DNA of 64,000 bases, taken from Geosiphon pyriformis uo1 (lineage: Eukaryota; Fungi; Glomeromycota). Position 1 is the first letter of the stretch. The number at the start of each line of letters is the position of its first letter. A program made the position numbers and the translations under genes. The stretch spans positions 234,042 to 298,041 of the forward strand of contig JAAOMT010000379.1 of NCBI GenBank assembly GCA_016748015.1, read 5' to 3'. The notes beneath the pieces were generated by a model, which ran no database searches, had not been told where the DNA came from, and was given only the letters and a program-made list of their open reading frames with translations. Shown here in pieces: positions 1 to 11,091 of the stretch.

Positions 1-941
1 ATTAAATTTCAGCCTTTTACACGTTATAGTTTCAAAAATATTTGTTTATTTTCCTTTTTAATAATTTTGATCCAGCTAAAATTTACCTTTCAAAAGGGCA
101 TTGTATTTTTAAATTTTCGTCTTAATCGGAATAGCTATAGTGCATTTTTATAAAGAAATAATTAAAATTTGACATTAATTTTATTTCGTACACTTTAGAG
201 TGCCCTTTTCGTTCATAACAAAACGTTGAGAATTGGATTTGGTCAATTGATCTAAAACGAGATAGATAATCGAAACCATTTTTGGGTGGGTGAATGTTTA
301 ATGTCCCATTCAAGACAAAACAAAATAGATTTAATTGTTATAATGGTTAAAATGTGAAAAAAGTATTGAATTAAATATCCCAGCTTAGAAAAAGGTTAAA
401 CTTTTAAAAAGAAACAATTTTATCAATTTTCATCAATTCTAATTTGTTTTTGGGTAAAAAATTTAAGAAAATATTGATTTCAATCATTCCTTTCATTATA
501 TTCCCTTTGATCAAATGTAAAATATTAAAACTACCGTGAGAAATATTTCAAAAAAATATTTTGTGTTACTAAAAATTAAAAGGGACACTCAAGTTTTTTT
601 GCTGGTTTATCATATACTTTTTGGTGTTGATTTTTCTCGTTAAAAGGCTGGAGGAAATAAAGAAAAGGAAATTATTCAATAAAATCTTTAAATCAAATTT
701 TTTTGTTTATCATACATTTGGGTAATAGAAAGAATTCCAAAAGAGCAAAAAAAAACTAATTCTGAATTGTTTATATTTTTTTCAATGGTTGTTTCATTTT
801 CAAATTTAAACTTAGACATTTTAAGATTTTCTATGAAGAGAAAACCCGTTGATGTCCTCAGTTCATTTCCCAACTAATAATATTGATCTATCATCAAAAA
901 CATACAGAGACTATCTCAAAGATCCATTAAACATTCTTTGG

Positions 942-981
942 AATTTCTTTGTAATGAGACTAATTTCTTTGTAATGAGACT
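942..981. repeat. Perfect 20-bp tandem duplication (aatttctttgtaatgagact x2)
   Basis: Read directly; lies about 260 bp upstream of the repeat-protein ATG. Confidence 0.9.
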
Positions 982-1239
982 AATATCTCATTCACATTAA
1001 AAAAAAATTCTTTGAAAAAACTATTATTTATAATTAATCAGAAGAACGGTGAAATGTTAGATCTAATATCTTCTGGGCTAGAATTGAATCAGTAAAATTT
1101 TTTATAAAAACTAAAGCTTGAAACTTCAAAGAACAATACCCTTCTGAAGTTTATTCAACGAATAATAAATTCTTTGAAAACAAAAGATTGCAATTAAAAT
1201 AACGTTTAACGTCTCTCAAAAAGCTTTACTTTATATAAA

Positions 1240-2091
1240 ATGTCTCACCAATCTTTTGCTCCCTTGCCCACAATCTTTTTGATAACTCTTCTTCTCACCT
1301 ACCTCTTCGTCTCGGCTATTCCAAATGGATATGGTAGTGACGGAAATGGAAACGGAAACGGCAATGGAAATGTTGGAAACAACAACGGAAACAACAACGG
1401 TAACAACAACAGTGGTAGTGGGAACGGAAACAACAACGGTAACAACAACGTTGGAAGCAACAACGGAAACTTGAACGGTAACAACAACAGTGGTAGTTAT
1501 AACGGAAACTTGAACGGTAACAACAACACTGGTAGTTATAACGGAAACTTGAACGGTAACAACAACACTGGTAGTTATAACGGAAACTTGAACGGTAACA
1601 ACAACACTGGTAGTTATAACGGAAACTTGAACGGTAACAACAACACTGGTAGTTATAACGGAAACTTGAACGGTAACAACAACACTGGTAGTTATAACGG
1701 AAACTTGAACGGTAACAACAACACTGGTAGTTATAACGGAAACTTGAACGGTAACAACAACACTGGTAGTTATAACGGAAACTTGAACGGTAACAAAAAT
1801 AATGGTTCCTACAATGGAAACTTGAACGGTAACAAAAATAATGGTTCCTACAATGGAAATTTGAACGGTAACAAAAACCATGGTTCCTACAATGGAAACT
1901 TGAACGGTAACAAAAACCATGGTTCCTACAATGGAAACTTGAACGGTAACAAAAACTATGGTTCCTACAATGGAAACTTGAACGGTAACAAAAACTATGG
2001 TTCCTTCAATGGAAACTTGAACGGTAACAAAAACTATGGTTTCTACAATGGAAACTACAACGGTAACGCAAACGGTGTCGAATACCATTAA
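1240..2091 (+). CDS. Secreted Asn/Gly-rich tandem-repeat protein (283 aa; signal peptide plus about 18 x 13-aa repeats)
   Basis: Intronless ATG-TAA ORF. Hydrophobic N-terminus MSHQSFAPLPTIFLITLLLTYLFVSA|IP resembles a signal peptide. Repeats GSYNGNLNGN(N/K)N(T/N/H/Y). Synonymous codon differences between repeat blocks preserve the + strand protein. Confidence 0.9.
   Translation: MSHQSFAPLPTIFLITLLLTYLFVSAIPNGYGSDGNGNGNGNGNVGNNNGNNNGNNNSGSGNGNNNGNNNVGSNNGNLNGNNNSGSYNGNLNGNNNTGSYNGNLNGNNNTGSYNGNLNGNNNTGSYNGNLNGNNNTGSYNGNLNGNNNTGSYNGNLNGNNNTGSYNGNLNGNNNTGSYNGNLNGNKNNGSYNGNLNGNKNNGSYNGNLNGNKNHGSYNGNLNGNKNHGSYNGNLNGNKNYGSYNGNLNGNKNYGSFNGNLNGNKNYGFYNGNYNGNANGVEYH
1375..2076 (+). repeat. 39-bp coding minisatellite, 18 units
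   Basis: Units start at 1375, 1414, 1453, 1492 ... 2038 (step 39). Eight units (1492-1803) begin ggt agt tat aac; the last seven begin ggt tcc/ttc ta/tc aat. Confidence 0.95.
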
Positions 2092-3015
2092 ATTATCATT
2101 TGTACAAATTAGCGATACTTTTTTTTTCTTAAAATTAGAAAATATCTTATTTATCATTTCGCATTTTAAATTTTTATAAAATGATGTAAAGGAAGTTTGC
2201 TTAAATTCTTGAATAAATTATTTATTTTTCCCATAAATAAGATCTTGGACTAAATAATCGAGTGATTTTCCCACTTGATTTAATCAGGTTAACAATATCC
2301 AAGTGGTAAGAATGAGTTTGAAAATGGTCATATAATAATTAAAATGTGACCTCTTTAAAATTAAAAATTTGAAGACAATGCAAGGATAACTATTTTTAAA
2401 AATTGCCATTCACAAATGAATACTGGAGATTTTGGTATTTATTCACAAAATTGGATAGAGAGCCTTTAACTATAGCTGCTCGTTTGTTACTTGAATTTTC
2501 AGGTTTACATTTAATCTTATGAGAAGAAACAATGTAATAAAATTGATTAAAGAGATAAATAATAGGTGGTTAAAAATTATGGCATAAATTCAAAGTTTAA
2601 TTTTTATTATTAAATTCATATTTCTAATTTCTAAATCCCATAATTTTTGATTTTTTTTTGCAAGACAATTTTATTTAAGCTCAATGATAAATTTTATATT
2701 CTTTTTTTAATGTTTGCTATTTTTTGGGAATAAAATAAATGTTATTTTTAGCAGAATTTGAAATCAATTATGTAAAAAGTCAGATGAAATTTTACAAGAA
2801 AAATTTTATTTGTAATATATTATACAAACAATCCAAAAATAAAAGGTTATTTTTTAAATAGATTAAAAAAATGCTAAGAAAACAAAAGTTTCTTAGCATA
2901 TTGTTTAAATGGTATTCAAATATATTTTTGGAATTATGTACAAATAATGCTTAAAATTATAAAAAACTGCATCATCATTTTATATTAACCAATTATTTTT
3001 ATTTTCAAAATTTAT

Positions 3016-3295
3016 CCTATTATAATGACTAAACAATATAAAATCATTACTTATCTGAGTTGCTGCTGCATATATTATTTTGAATCTCTACTTTTTATTT
3101 GTCTTTTTCTATTTCAAGTTTAATTTTTCACTTTTTTAAATCTTTTTTTCTTTACTTTATTATTAAATAAAATTTTTAAAACTTATGCCATTATAACAAC
3201 TAAACAATATAAAATTATTACCTATTAGAATTGTTGCTGAACACATTATTTTGTATCTTCACTTTTTATTTGTTCTTTTCTATTCCAAATTTTCT
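3016..3295. repeat. Diverged direct repeat, about 105-bp copies with 171-bp period
   Basis: cctattataatgactaaacaatataaaatcattac... (3016) versus gccattataacaactaaacaatataaaattattac... (3187). Differences are mostly transitions. Confidence 0.8.
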
Positions 3296-3719
3296 ATATT
3301 CTATTTGTTTTTTTATATTTTTTTACTTATTTTTTTGTTTTTTTTACTTATTTTTTTGTTTTTTTTAAATTTTTTTTCTTCTATAATACTTATCACTTTT
3401 AAGATTATTTAATATTTGGTAAAATATTATTATAATAACTAATCTTTTCAATATTACCTAATATTTAGTAAGAGAGTTATTATAATATCTAGATAATATA
3501 AAATTGTTATTTCTCTATATATATTATTTTATGTTTCTGGATTTTGCAAACTTTTTATAATGACAATAATTTTACTAATATATAATACATTATTATAAAT
3601 AATAATATAAGCATAGTATATAAATTCACTTTATTTAAAAGCAGAGAATTTAGAAAAAAGAAGAGAACTTTAAAAAATATTTAAAAAAGTAAAAAAAAAT
3701 ATTTAATATTTGTTTTTGA

Positions 3720-6700
3720 ACAAAAATCAACTTAGATTTATATATTTTAAAAAGAAATAATTAAATTACATTTAAAACACAAAAAACACAAAAATAAAAA
3801 TAAAATAAAATAAAAATAGAATTTTGTTAATAGTTATAATCAAAAATTATATGTTTTAGCAATTTTTTAGTAAATTAAAATACCTAAAAATTTGGAAATG
3901 TAATAATATTGGTTTGAATTTATGTGTTTTAATAAATATTTATCATTAAAAATAGTAATAATCTTTCAATTTTTTGATACGATTTAATAATTTTTGGTAT
4001 TTTTTTATTTATTTTTAGGAATACAAAATTTTTGTAATAATTTTGTTATTTTTAATTATTTTTAATTTTTTCTTAATATTTTAGTATTTTTAGTATTTTT
4101 AATTATTATATTATTTATATTATTAATATTTAATTGGCTAATTAATACTATTATTATATTATTGATTTTTTATGTTGGTAATACCATCTTATTTTTAGAA
4201 TTAGTTATTGATAAAATTATTAACCTTATTAATAATTTAATTATTAACTTATTATTAACTTAATTATTGACCAATTTATTAATTTCTTTTCAAAAATATA
4301 TAAGTAAAACTTTTTAAAAACGTAGAAATTTATTCAAAACTAGAATTATTCTTACTTAAATTTCTTAACAAGCTAATTACAATAATTTTAAATTCTTTTT
4401 TATTATTTAATTTTTTTTTTGATTTGTATATTGTTAACTTTTTGTAAAATATGTTGAATAAAAAATATTTATTAAAAAAAATCTGTTATTGAATTATAAG
4501 AATGTTAATATAAAACATATAACTATAGCAGTTGTATTAATTTTTATTGACAGTATAAATTCTTTAGTTACTTTTTAGATAAAATAACAATAAAACATTT
4601 ATAAAACTGATCTTACACATTAAATTTCAAAAAATTTAATTAATTTATTTATTTATTTGAATTTACTCTTTAATTGTTTTTTCACTATAAAATATTTGTT
4701 TTTTTTCTATTCATTAATATATTATTTTAATCTATAAAATAAAAGTAATGTTTTTTGTGAAGTTATTTAATTTTTAATTTATTTATTATTATATAAATAA
4801 CTATTTCTCTTGAGTACAAAAAAACAAAATTATTTTATTGCTTACAATTGAAATAATTTAGATTACATCAAACTTAATTTTTTATCCTCTTTTTTTATTT
4901 AAAACCCAGTTTATTTTGACAGTTTCAAGATTTTTAGAATTGGTTTTTAATTATTTATTTAATCAAAACCTATTTAGCTTTTACTGTTTACTTTTTTGAT
5001 CAAGTTTATTTTGAAAAAGATTTTTAAAACAGAAAAAATTACATTAACCAAATAATATTTTTAATCAATTATATCTTGAGTTTAAAGTTTGAAATTATTG
5101 CATTCACAATTATATAGTTACCTATTAATTAGTTAAAAATTCTTTAAAAATTGAAAATAAAAAAAGTTATAAACTGCTTTTATTTTTGAACTTTTTTTAA
5201 GTAATATAAACTTATTCCAGACCAAAATTTAATTTAATGGCAAAAATATTTTATTAGTCTTTAAAAAATTCAAACGGCTCTTAATTAATAAAATATAATT
5301 TTTTATATCAATTTTAAAAAAATGCACAAAATCAAATTAAATAATTAGAAAATTTTAAAAGAACAACAACAGTTAATCAATGCAATAATAACTTTAAGTT
5401 TTATATTCTTTACAATTTGATTTGAGAAAAAGTTTAGAACTTCAATTTTAATATCAAAATAGCACATTGAATTAAAATAACAAATCCAAGAAAAGTAATT
5501 AATAAATATGTAAAAGTAATTTCAAAGTTAATAAAACATTCAAATTCTGGAAAAAACCGAACAAAAAGTAAAAAAAAAATTTTTTTTTATAAAAGAATTA
5601 AAAATTATAGAATTAGCTTAGTGCATCTGATTTTTTCAAAGGTCTTGATTTAATTGATTAATTGGAAGAAATTATTCAAAAATTTTTCAAAATAAAAATA
5701 AATCTATATAGAAATAATAAAACAATCAATTTTTTGGAAAGAGAAAATTTACCAAAACTCAGTTTTTGTAGCTTTTTATTGTCATATCAAGTGTAAATTT
5801 TCCGATTTAAGATTTTCATTGAAATGAGAGGTTACTTTATGTATTTAAATAAATCAAAAGTCCTGTGAAAATAATTTACATAAATATTAAGTATCCAATT
5901 AACTTAATCTATGATAAATTTTTTAATTTAAATTTCATTTATTACTATACATTTATAGAAAAAATATTAAATCAATTAGATAGTAATAATTCAAACACAT
6001 TTGAACTTGAAATAATATTTTAAAAAAAATTCTACCAAACTAGATTTTAAAAAATTATTTAACTAAGTAATCGTTTTTTACAATTTCTTATTTATTTTTA
6101 ATTTGAGCAACATAGATTAAAATCAATTATCAACACTAATTATAGGCGTCAATAGAATATATCTTATCAAAAACAATTCAAATTATAAAAAAGATATATA
6201 AATTTTTAATTTCAACCAAAAATTATCATTATTGTATGCTTATTTACAATCAAATAAAAAATATGAGAAATAAACTCATTTTTACTATAAAGCTTGTGTT
6301 AAAAAATGGTTTGGTTCTTTAAAACAATTATCAAATAAAACACGCTTTTTGTTTAATCTAAAAAATAATGTTTTCAAAATAATTTTTTTGAATTCGTATA
6401 TTCTTTAAAAATAGTTGGTAACCAAATGTGTTAATTGCTGGTTTACTCTTATTACATAATTTAATAACTTCTTTTTGTTATTAAACATGAACTTTTAACA
6501 TATATTTTTTGGCTAAATTATTACATATAAACGGAATCAAAACTTTTAAAGTTTGAGAAAAAGTCTATCTACCTTAATCGAATGCAAAAATTTGCTTGTA
6601 TCAATAACATCCATTTTTTCATTAACATCCAATTGGTATTGTATGTTTAATTTTTTTTAAAAAAATATTAATTTATTAATATATATTAAAGATTTAAATT

Positions 6701-8560
6701 GCCAATTTAATAATTAAAATTTTGATGTAGAATAAAAGTATTAATAATATACTTAATATATATGTGTTATTAAAATCCAAAATTGAGAAAAATAAACACT
6801 TTAAAATTGGTTATTAAAAAGAATATTTGATTGAAAATGTTCTTTGGGATAATGTTAATTTATAAAACATACTAATAATCTGTTGGCTTTTTTGGTTAAA
6901 CAAAATTTAGATTTTAAGAAATTTTGCTAATCAAATTTATACAATTGAAAAAGATAAATCTTGACTAACTTACAAAGAAAAAACAACCTTGAAAAATACT
7001 GACAAAAATCATTTTAAATGTTTAACTTTTGTTTAGTTTAGAATAAGACGGATTATTTATGAATCAAAAAAGAGCTATACATTTGTATTTTTTGAAATTT
7101 CATTAAAATATAAAATTTGGATGATAGATAGCATTTTCATGTGATTGTTAATATTAAAAAAAAATTCTTGTTATTATTTGTTTATTTACATAAATACAAT
7201 TAAATTTGGTTGTTTGTTTTTAAAATTGCTTGCTTGTAAAGATATTAAATTTATGAGCTTAGAAATTCCCAAAATAGTTTTTTTTGAATAAAAAGAATTT
7301 ATAGTAAAAACATATATAAATAGCTACATAGATAGTAACAAACAAAAGTTCAAAAAATTATTTTAGAAAAATAAGATTAATGGTTTTATAACTGCAAAAT
7401 ATGCAAAAGCCAAGTATACTTTATTTTGTATTTTCAATATATCTTAAATTTGCATAAATTTGTTTGGGTTTTGTTTTATATTAACTTGTTTTGAAAATAA
7501 TTAATCTTGTTTTTTTTGTTATTTTGAGTTTAACTACAGAATAATATTATACAATAAAACACAGATACAACCGAACAGTTATGTGAAAAAAATTGTTAAA
7601 AAAGTAAAAAAAAAACTTTTAAAAATCCTCCAACAATAATTTAATCCAAAAAATTAACACAAAATAATTAAGAAATTTAGAAGAAATAATTTCCAATAAT
7701 ATATTGTTATTATTATTTAAAATAACCGAATATTTTAAATTTTGTATATCAATAAGTTCAAACAGATATTTGACAAAACAATAGTGTAACAAATAGAATA
7801 TTTTATTGGAAAAAACAATTTAATAATTCATTTAAAAGCCATATACTGACTATACTCTATATTTTAAGACTATCATGAAATACTATTACATTTAGTCATA
7901 GAATTATTAACTATAAACAACTGAAAAAAATAATCAATTTGCAGTTTAAAAAACTAAAATAAAAATTTCTAATATCATAATGAAAAAAATAATTAAGTTT
8001 ATTCAAGAAAAAAATTAATTGGATTTCACTAAAGCTTAATATTAAAAAAGAAAAAAAATATTACTATAAAGTAATATAAAAAAAATAATTAATAATTAAA
8101 TATAGCATAAATTAGCCAATCACATCTTAGAAATTATTAAATAATATAATAACAAAAATTTCAAAAATATCAAAAAAGTCAGAAATCCAAACAATAACTC
8201 AAAAAAAGTGCAAAAATTATTAAAAATTCCAGAAATTCTGTATTACAAAAATTTATATATTAAAAACAGAAAAATAATAATTTTTTTATCAAATATTTTT
8301 TAAATAATTTTAATAATTAAACAAATATCTACTATTCAAATTCTATTAATTCATATTTATCATATTAAAATTACTTATTTTTAAACTAACAATAATAAAA
8401 AATCTAACAATATTATAATAATAGCTCTTAATTATAGCTATTAATAAAATACTAATTCTTTACTTTATTATTTCATTTATTTTCTTTTTTTTTGTTTGTT
8501 TGTTTTATTGTTTAAATTAATTAATTAAGAAAAAATGCTAAAATTATAAATCAAAAATTG
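3720..8560. mobile_element. Decayed element bounded by long (about 450-bp) diverged inverted repeats; possible Mutator/MULE relic
   Basis: 3821-3850 versus the reverse complement of 8421-8450 match 24/30 with all 6 mismatches transitions. 4131-4152 versus the reverse complement of 8101-8122 match 18/22, collinearly. Weak internal motifs HTNNL (6868-6882) and CLFLKLLACKDI (7211-7246, SWIM-like). Confidence 0.4.
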
Positions 8561-8699
8561 TCTAATAAAAAATACAAAAATAGGCATAAAATTAACTTAG
8601 TAAAAATTGAATTACTTATCAAAAAAATAAAAATACCAGAATAAATTAGTTATTATATTATTAATTATAATTATTTGAATTTTTGTTTATTATACAAAA

Positions 8700-10174
8700 A
8701 ATTCAACTGTTAAAATTTTCAAATTTATTAAAATTTACAATATTAACTTATAGATTAATATACTATATAACTAATTATAATACTAGTTAAAAAGTTAAAT
8801 ATACTAAATTTATTAATAAATCTTTAACAAAAAATTTCAACTTGATAAAAACTATTTTAGTATAGTATCTTAATAAATATTTAAAAATTGGTTATTAAAT
8901 TATAGTTTTGCTAATTTTCATATATATTTTATAAAAACTTTTAACAAAAATTGCTATTATATTTATTATAATTTAAAAAAAACTTTAACTACATATTTTT
9001 GTGTATTTTTAATTATATTATAAAAAAACTATTATTAATAACTGTTTTAATAATTAAATTACTTTAATTTATAGATTATTTATAAACTTATTTGTTTTAA
9101 TTATTATATAATATTATTGTTAATAATTATATTTATATAATAATTGCCAAAAAAATTATTTTTAAAAATTATTACTAAGATATTATTTGTTTAAAAATAT
9201 TGTTAAAATTAATTTTAGTAAAATTTTATTGTTTACAAAAAATTTTATTTAAAATAAATTTATTGGTTTTGGTTTATAGCAAATTTGTAATTAGTTTTAA
9301 TATTTTTTGTAAATATTTGTAAATATATAACATAATTTTGATTAACTTAAATAACTAATTAAATATAAAAAAATATAAGTCATACTTATTTAAAATTTTT
9401 TATTATTGTATTATAATAAGTAATAATTAAACTATATTTATTAAATAAATAAATTATAATAATATTGTATTAAAATATTATTTAAATAAAATAATCTATT
9501 TAAACTAAAAAAATATTATTATTTAATATATACTTAGATTTAATTACTAAACTATTTTACAAAAAACAATAATTTAACAAATAATAAAATTATATTAAAA
9601 TATTATTTAATATATATATATATATATATATAATTAACAATAAAATCATTAAAACTAATTTAAATAAAACAATTAATCAAATTAATTTAATTAAATTTAT
9701 TATTATTAATATTACTAATAATAATAAATATATTGTAGTCGTAATTAATTATTTTACCAAATAATTAAAAACCAAAACCATTAAAATAATTAATACCAAA
9801 TTTATAATTAAATTTATTTATTAAAATTTAATTTATTAATATTATTACTTAAATAAAAAATTATTAAAATAATAATATTATTAAATATTTATATTATTAT
9901 AATAAAAATTTTTAATTTTTAATTTTATTTATTATATACATATATATAATTACATATATTAATTATTAATGTTATTATTGGTTATTTTATTTTTAAAATA
10001 AGTTATTAATATAATTATTAATATAATTATTGATTCTTTTTTAACAATATATAAGAAAAATTTTTTAAAACTATAAAAAATAAAATTTAAACAAAAATTT
10101 ATATTTAAATTAATACAATAATATTAACTTTTATATTTTTTTACTATTTTTTTTCTTTTTTTTTTTAATTTGTA
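8700..10174 (+). mobile_element. Hypermutated Ty3/Gypsy LTR-retrotransposon pol relic (integrase core recognisable)
   Basis: 9723-9850 translates NKYIVVVINYFTK*LKTKTIKIINTKFIIKFIY*NLIY*YYYL. This is the retroviral integrase core pattern NKYIVVAIDYFTKWPEAKAIK.ANA..VAKFIY.NLICRHGCP after C>T/G>A changes. A faint LITAP.L..PDF-like RT/RNase H linker (LITVLIIKLL*F, about 9035-9070) lies upstream, giving the Gypsy domain order. Boundaries are approximate. Confidence 0.7.
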
Positions 10175-11091
10175 TAAGCATTCGAGCTTTTCAAAAGTTA
10201 AATTTAATTCAGTCGAAGATAAGTTCTCGACTGGTCTAAATGACGGAGATTGGTAAAAGATATTAATGCTCGGCATACTTTGGAGGTTAAATTGGATAAT
10301 CTAACGAAGCGTATCCTGAGTGCTTGCAATTGATATTGAGTACCGATCAAGTTAGCAATGAGCACTTTAGGGTCAGATTTTATCCAAGTTTCCAAGGCTA
10401 TTGAAGTGAGGCGCTTTTGAGCTCGAATAAAATTTGTAATTTGTTCGATATCTGACCAATATTCTTCCGATTGGTGATAGTCAGTAATTCTAATATCACT
10501 AGCTGCGCTCTTGAATCGAAGATGCTTAATTTCGTGGCAACCATTAGGCAAGGTCTCTAATAAATAAGAATGGTTTTGAGAAGAGGAGATTTCAAAATGA
10601 GTAATATTCTTGAAGATTTCACCAGGATGAAGCTGGATATTTCCCCCAAAATATTTCAACTCCTATGTATTTGTCAATTGAGACTTTTAAATTTTGAGCT
10701 TGACGGAAAAAATGCTGAATCAAGATGTCAAAAATAGCCATCTGTTTTTTGTTTGCAGCTGTGAGCCGAAAATAATCTCGTGCCTCGGAAAACAACCACA
10801 TCTCAATATCAATCTATAAAGAAAGCCTGAAGATAAGAAGGGTAATTAAAACTGGGCGTTGTTTTATTTACTGGCCTGAGTAAAGATTTTTTACGAAGAC
10901 ATTTCAATTATTTATGAGATAAACTTCCTAAATAGGCCCTAATAGAATTCTTTGATTTCTCAAGACCCAGGGGTGAGCGCTATAACGATACCGTTGACGT
11001 TCGACTTGTAGACAGTTAAGCATTGATGCCATGTTTAAATTTTCAAAAATTTCTCTGATGGTAGTAAATTGAACGAATTCTTGAGGTCTAT
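10175..11091 (-). pseudogene. F-box/LRR pseudogene, paralog of 23776-25257
   Basis: Fragments IDLKNSFNLLPSE / EIFENLNMASMLNCLQVERQ / MWLFSEARDYFRL / EIFKNITHFE / FEKLECL align in order with MGSKNYFSLLPPE / QIFEDLDTGSMFNCLLVERQ / MWMFPKAKDPTRL / EIFKNLTHFE / LENLECL. The start codon position reads ATA, there are several frameshifts, and the 3' part is cut off at the AT-rich Gypsy relic. Confidence 0.85.

Noticed and set aside
1375-2076. CRISPR-like regular repeat array
   Set aside because: Contiguous coding repeats with no unique spacers and no cas genes; eukaryotic context.
1231-2157. 308-aa Val/Thr-rich minus-strand ORF (VITTSVVVTVQVS repeats), superficially like a Thr-ladder antifreeze protein
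   Set aside because: Antisense shadow of the 39-bp repeat. Inter-repeat substitutions are synonymous on the + strand but non-synonymous here, and only the + ORF has a signal peptide.
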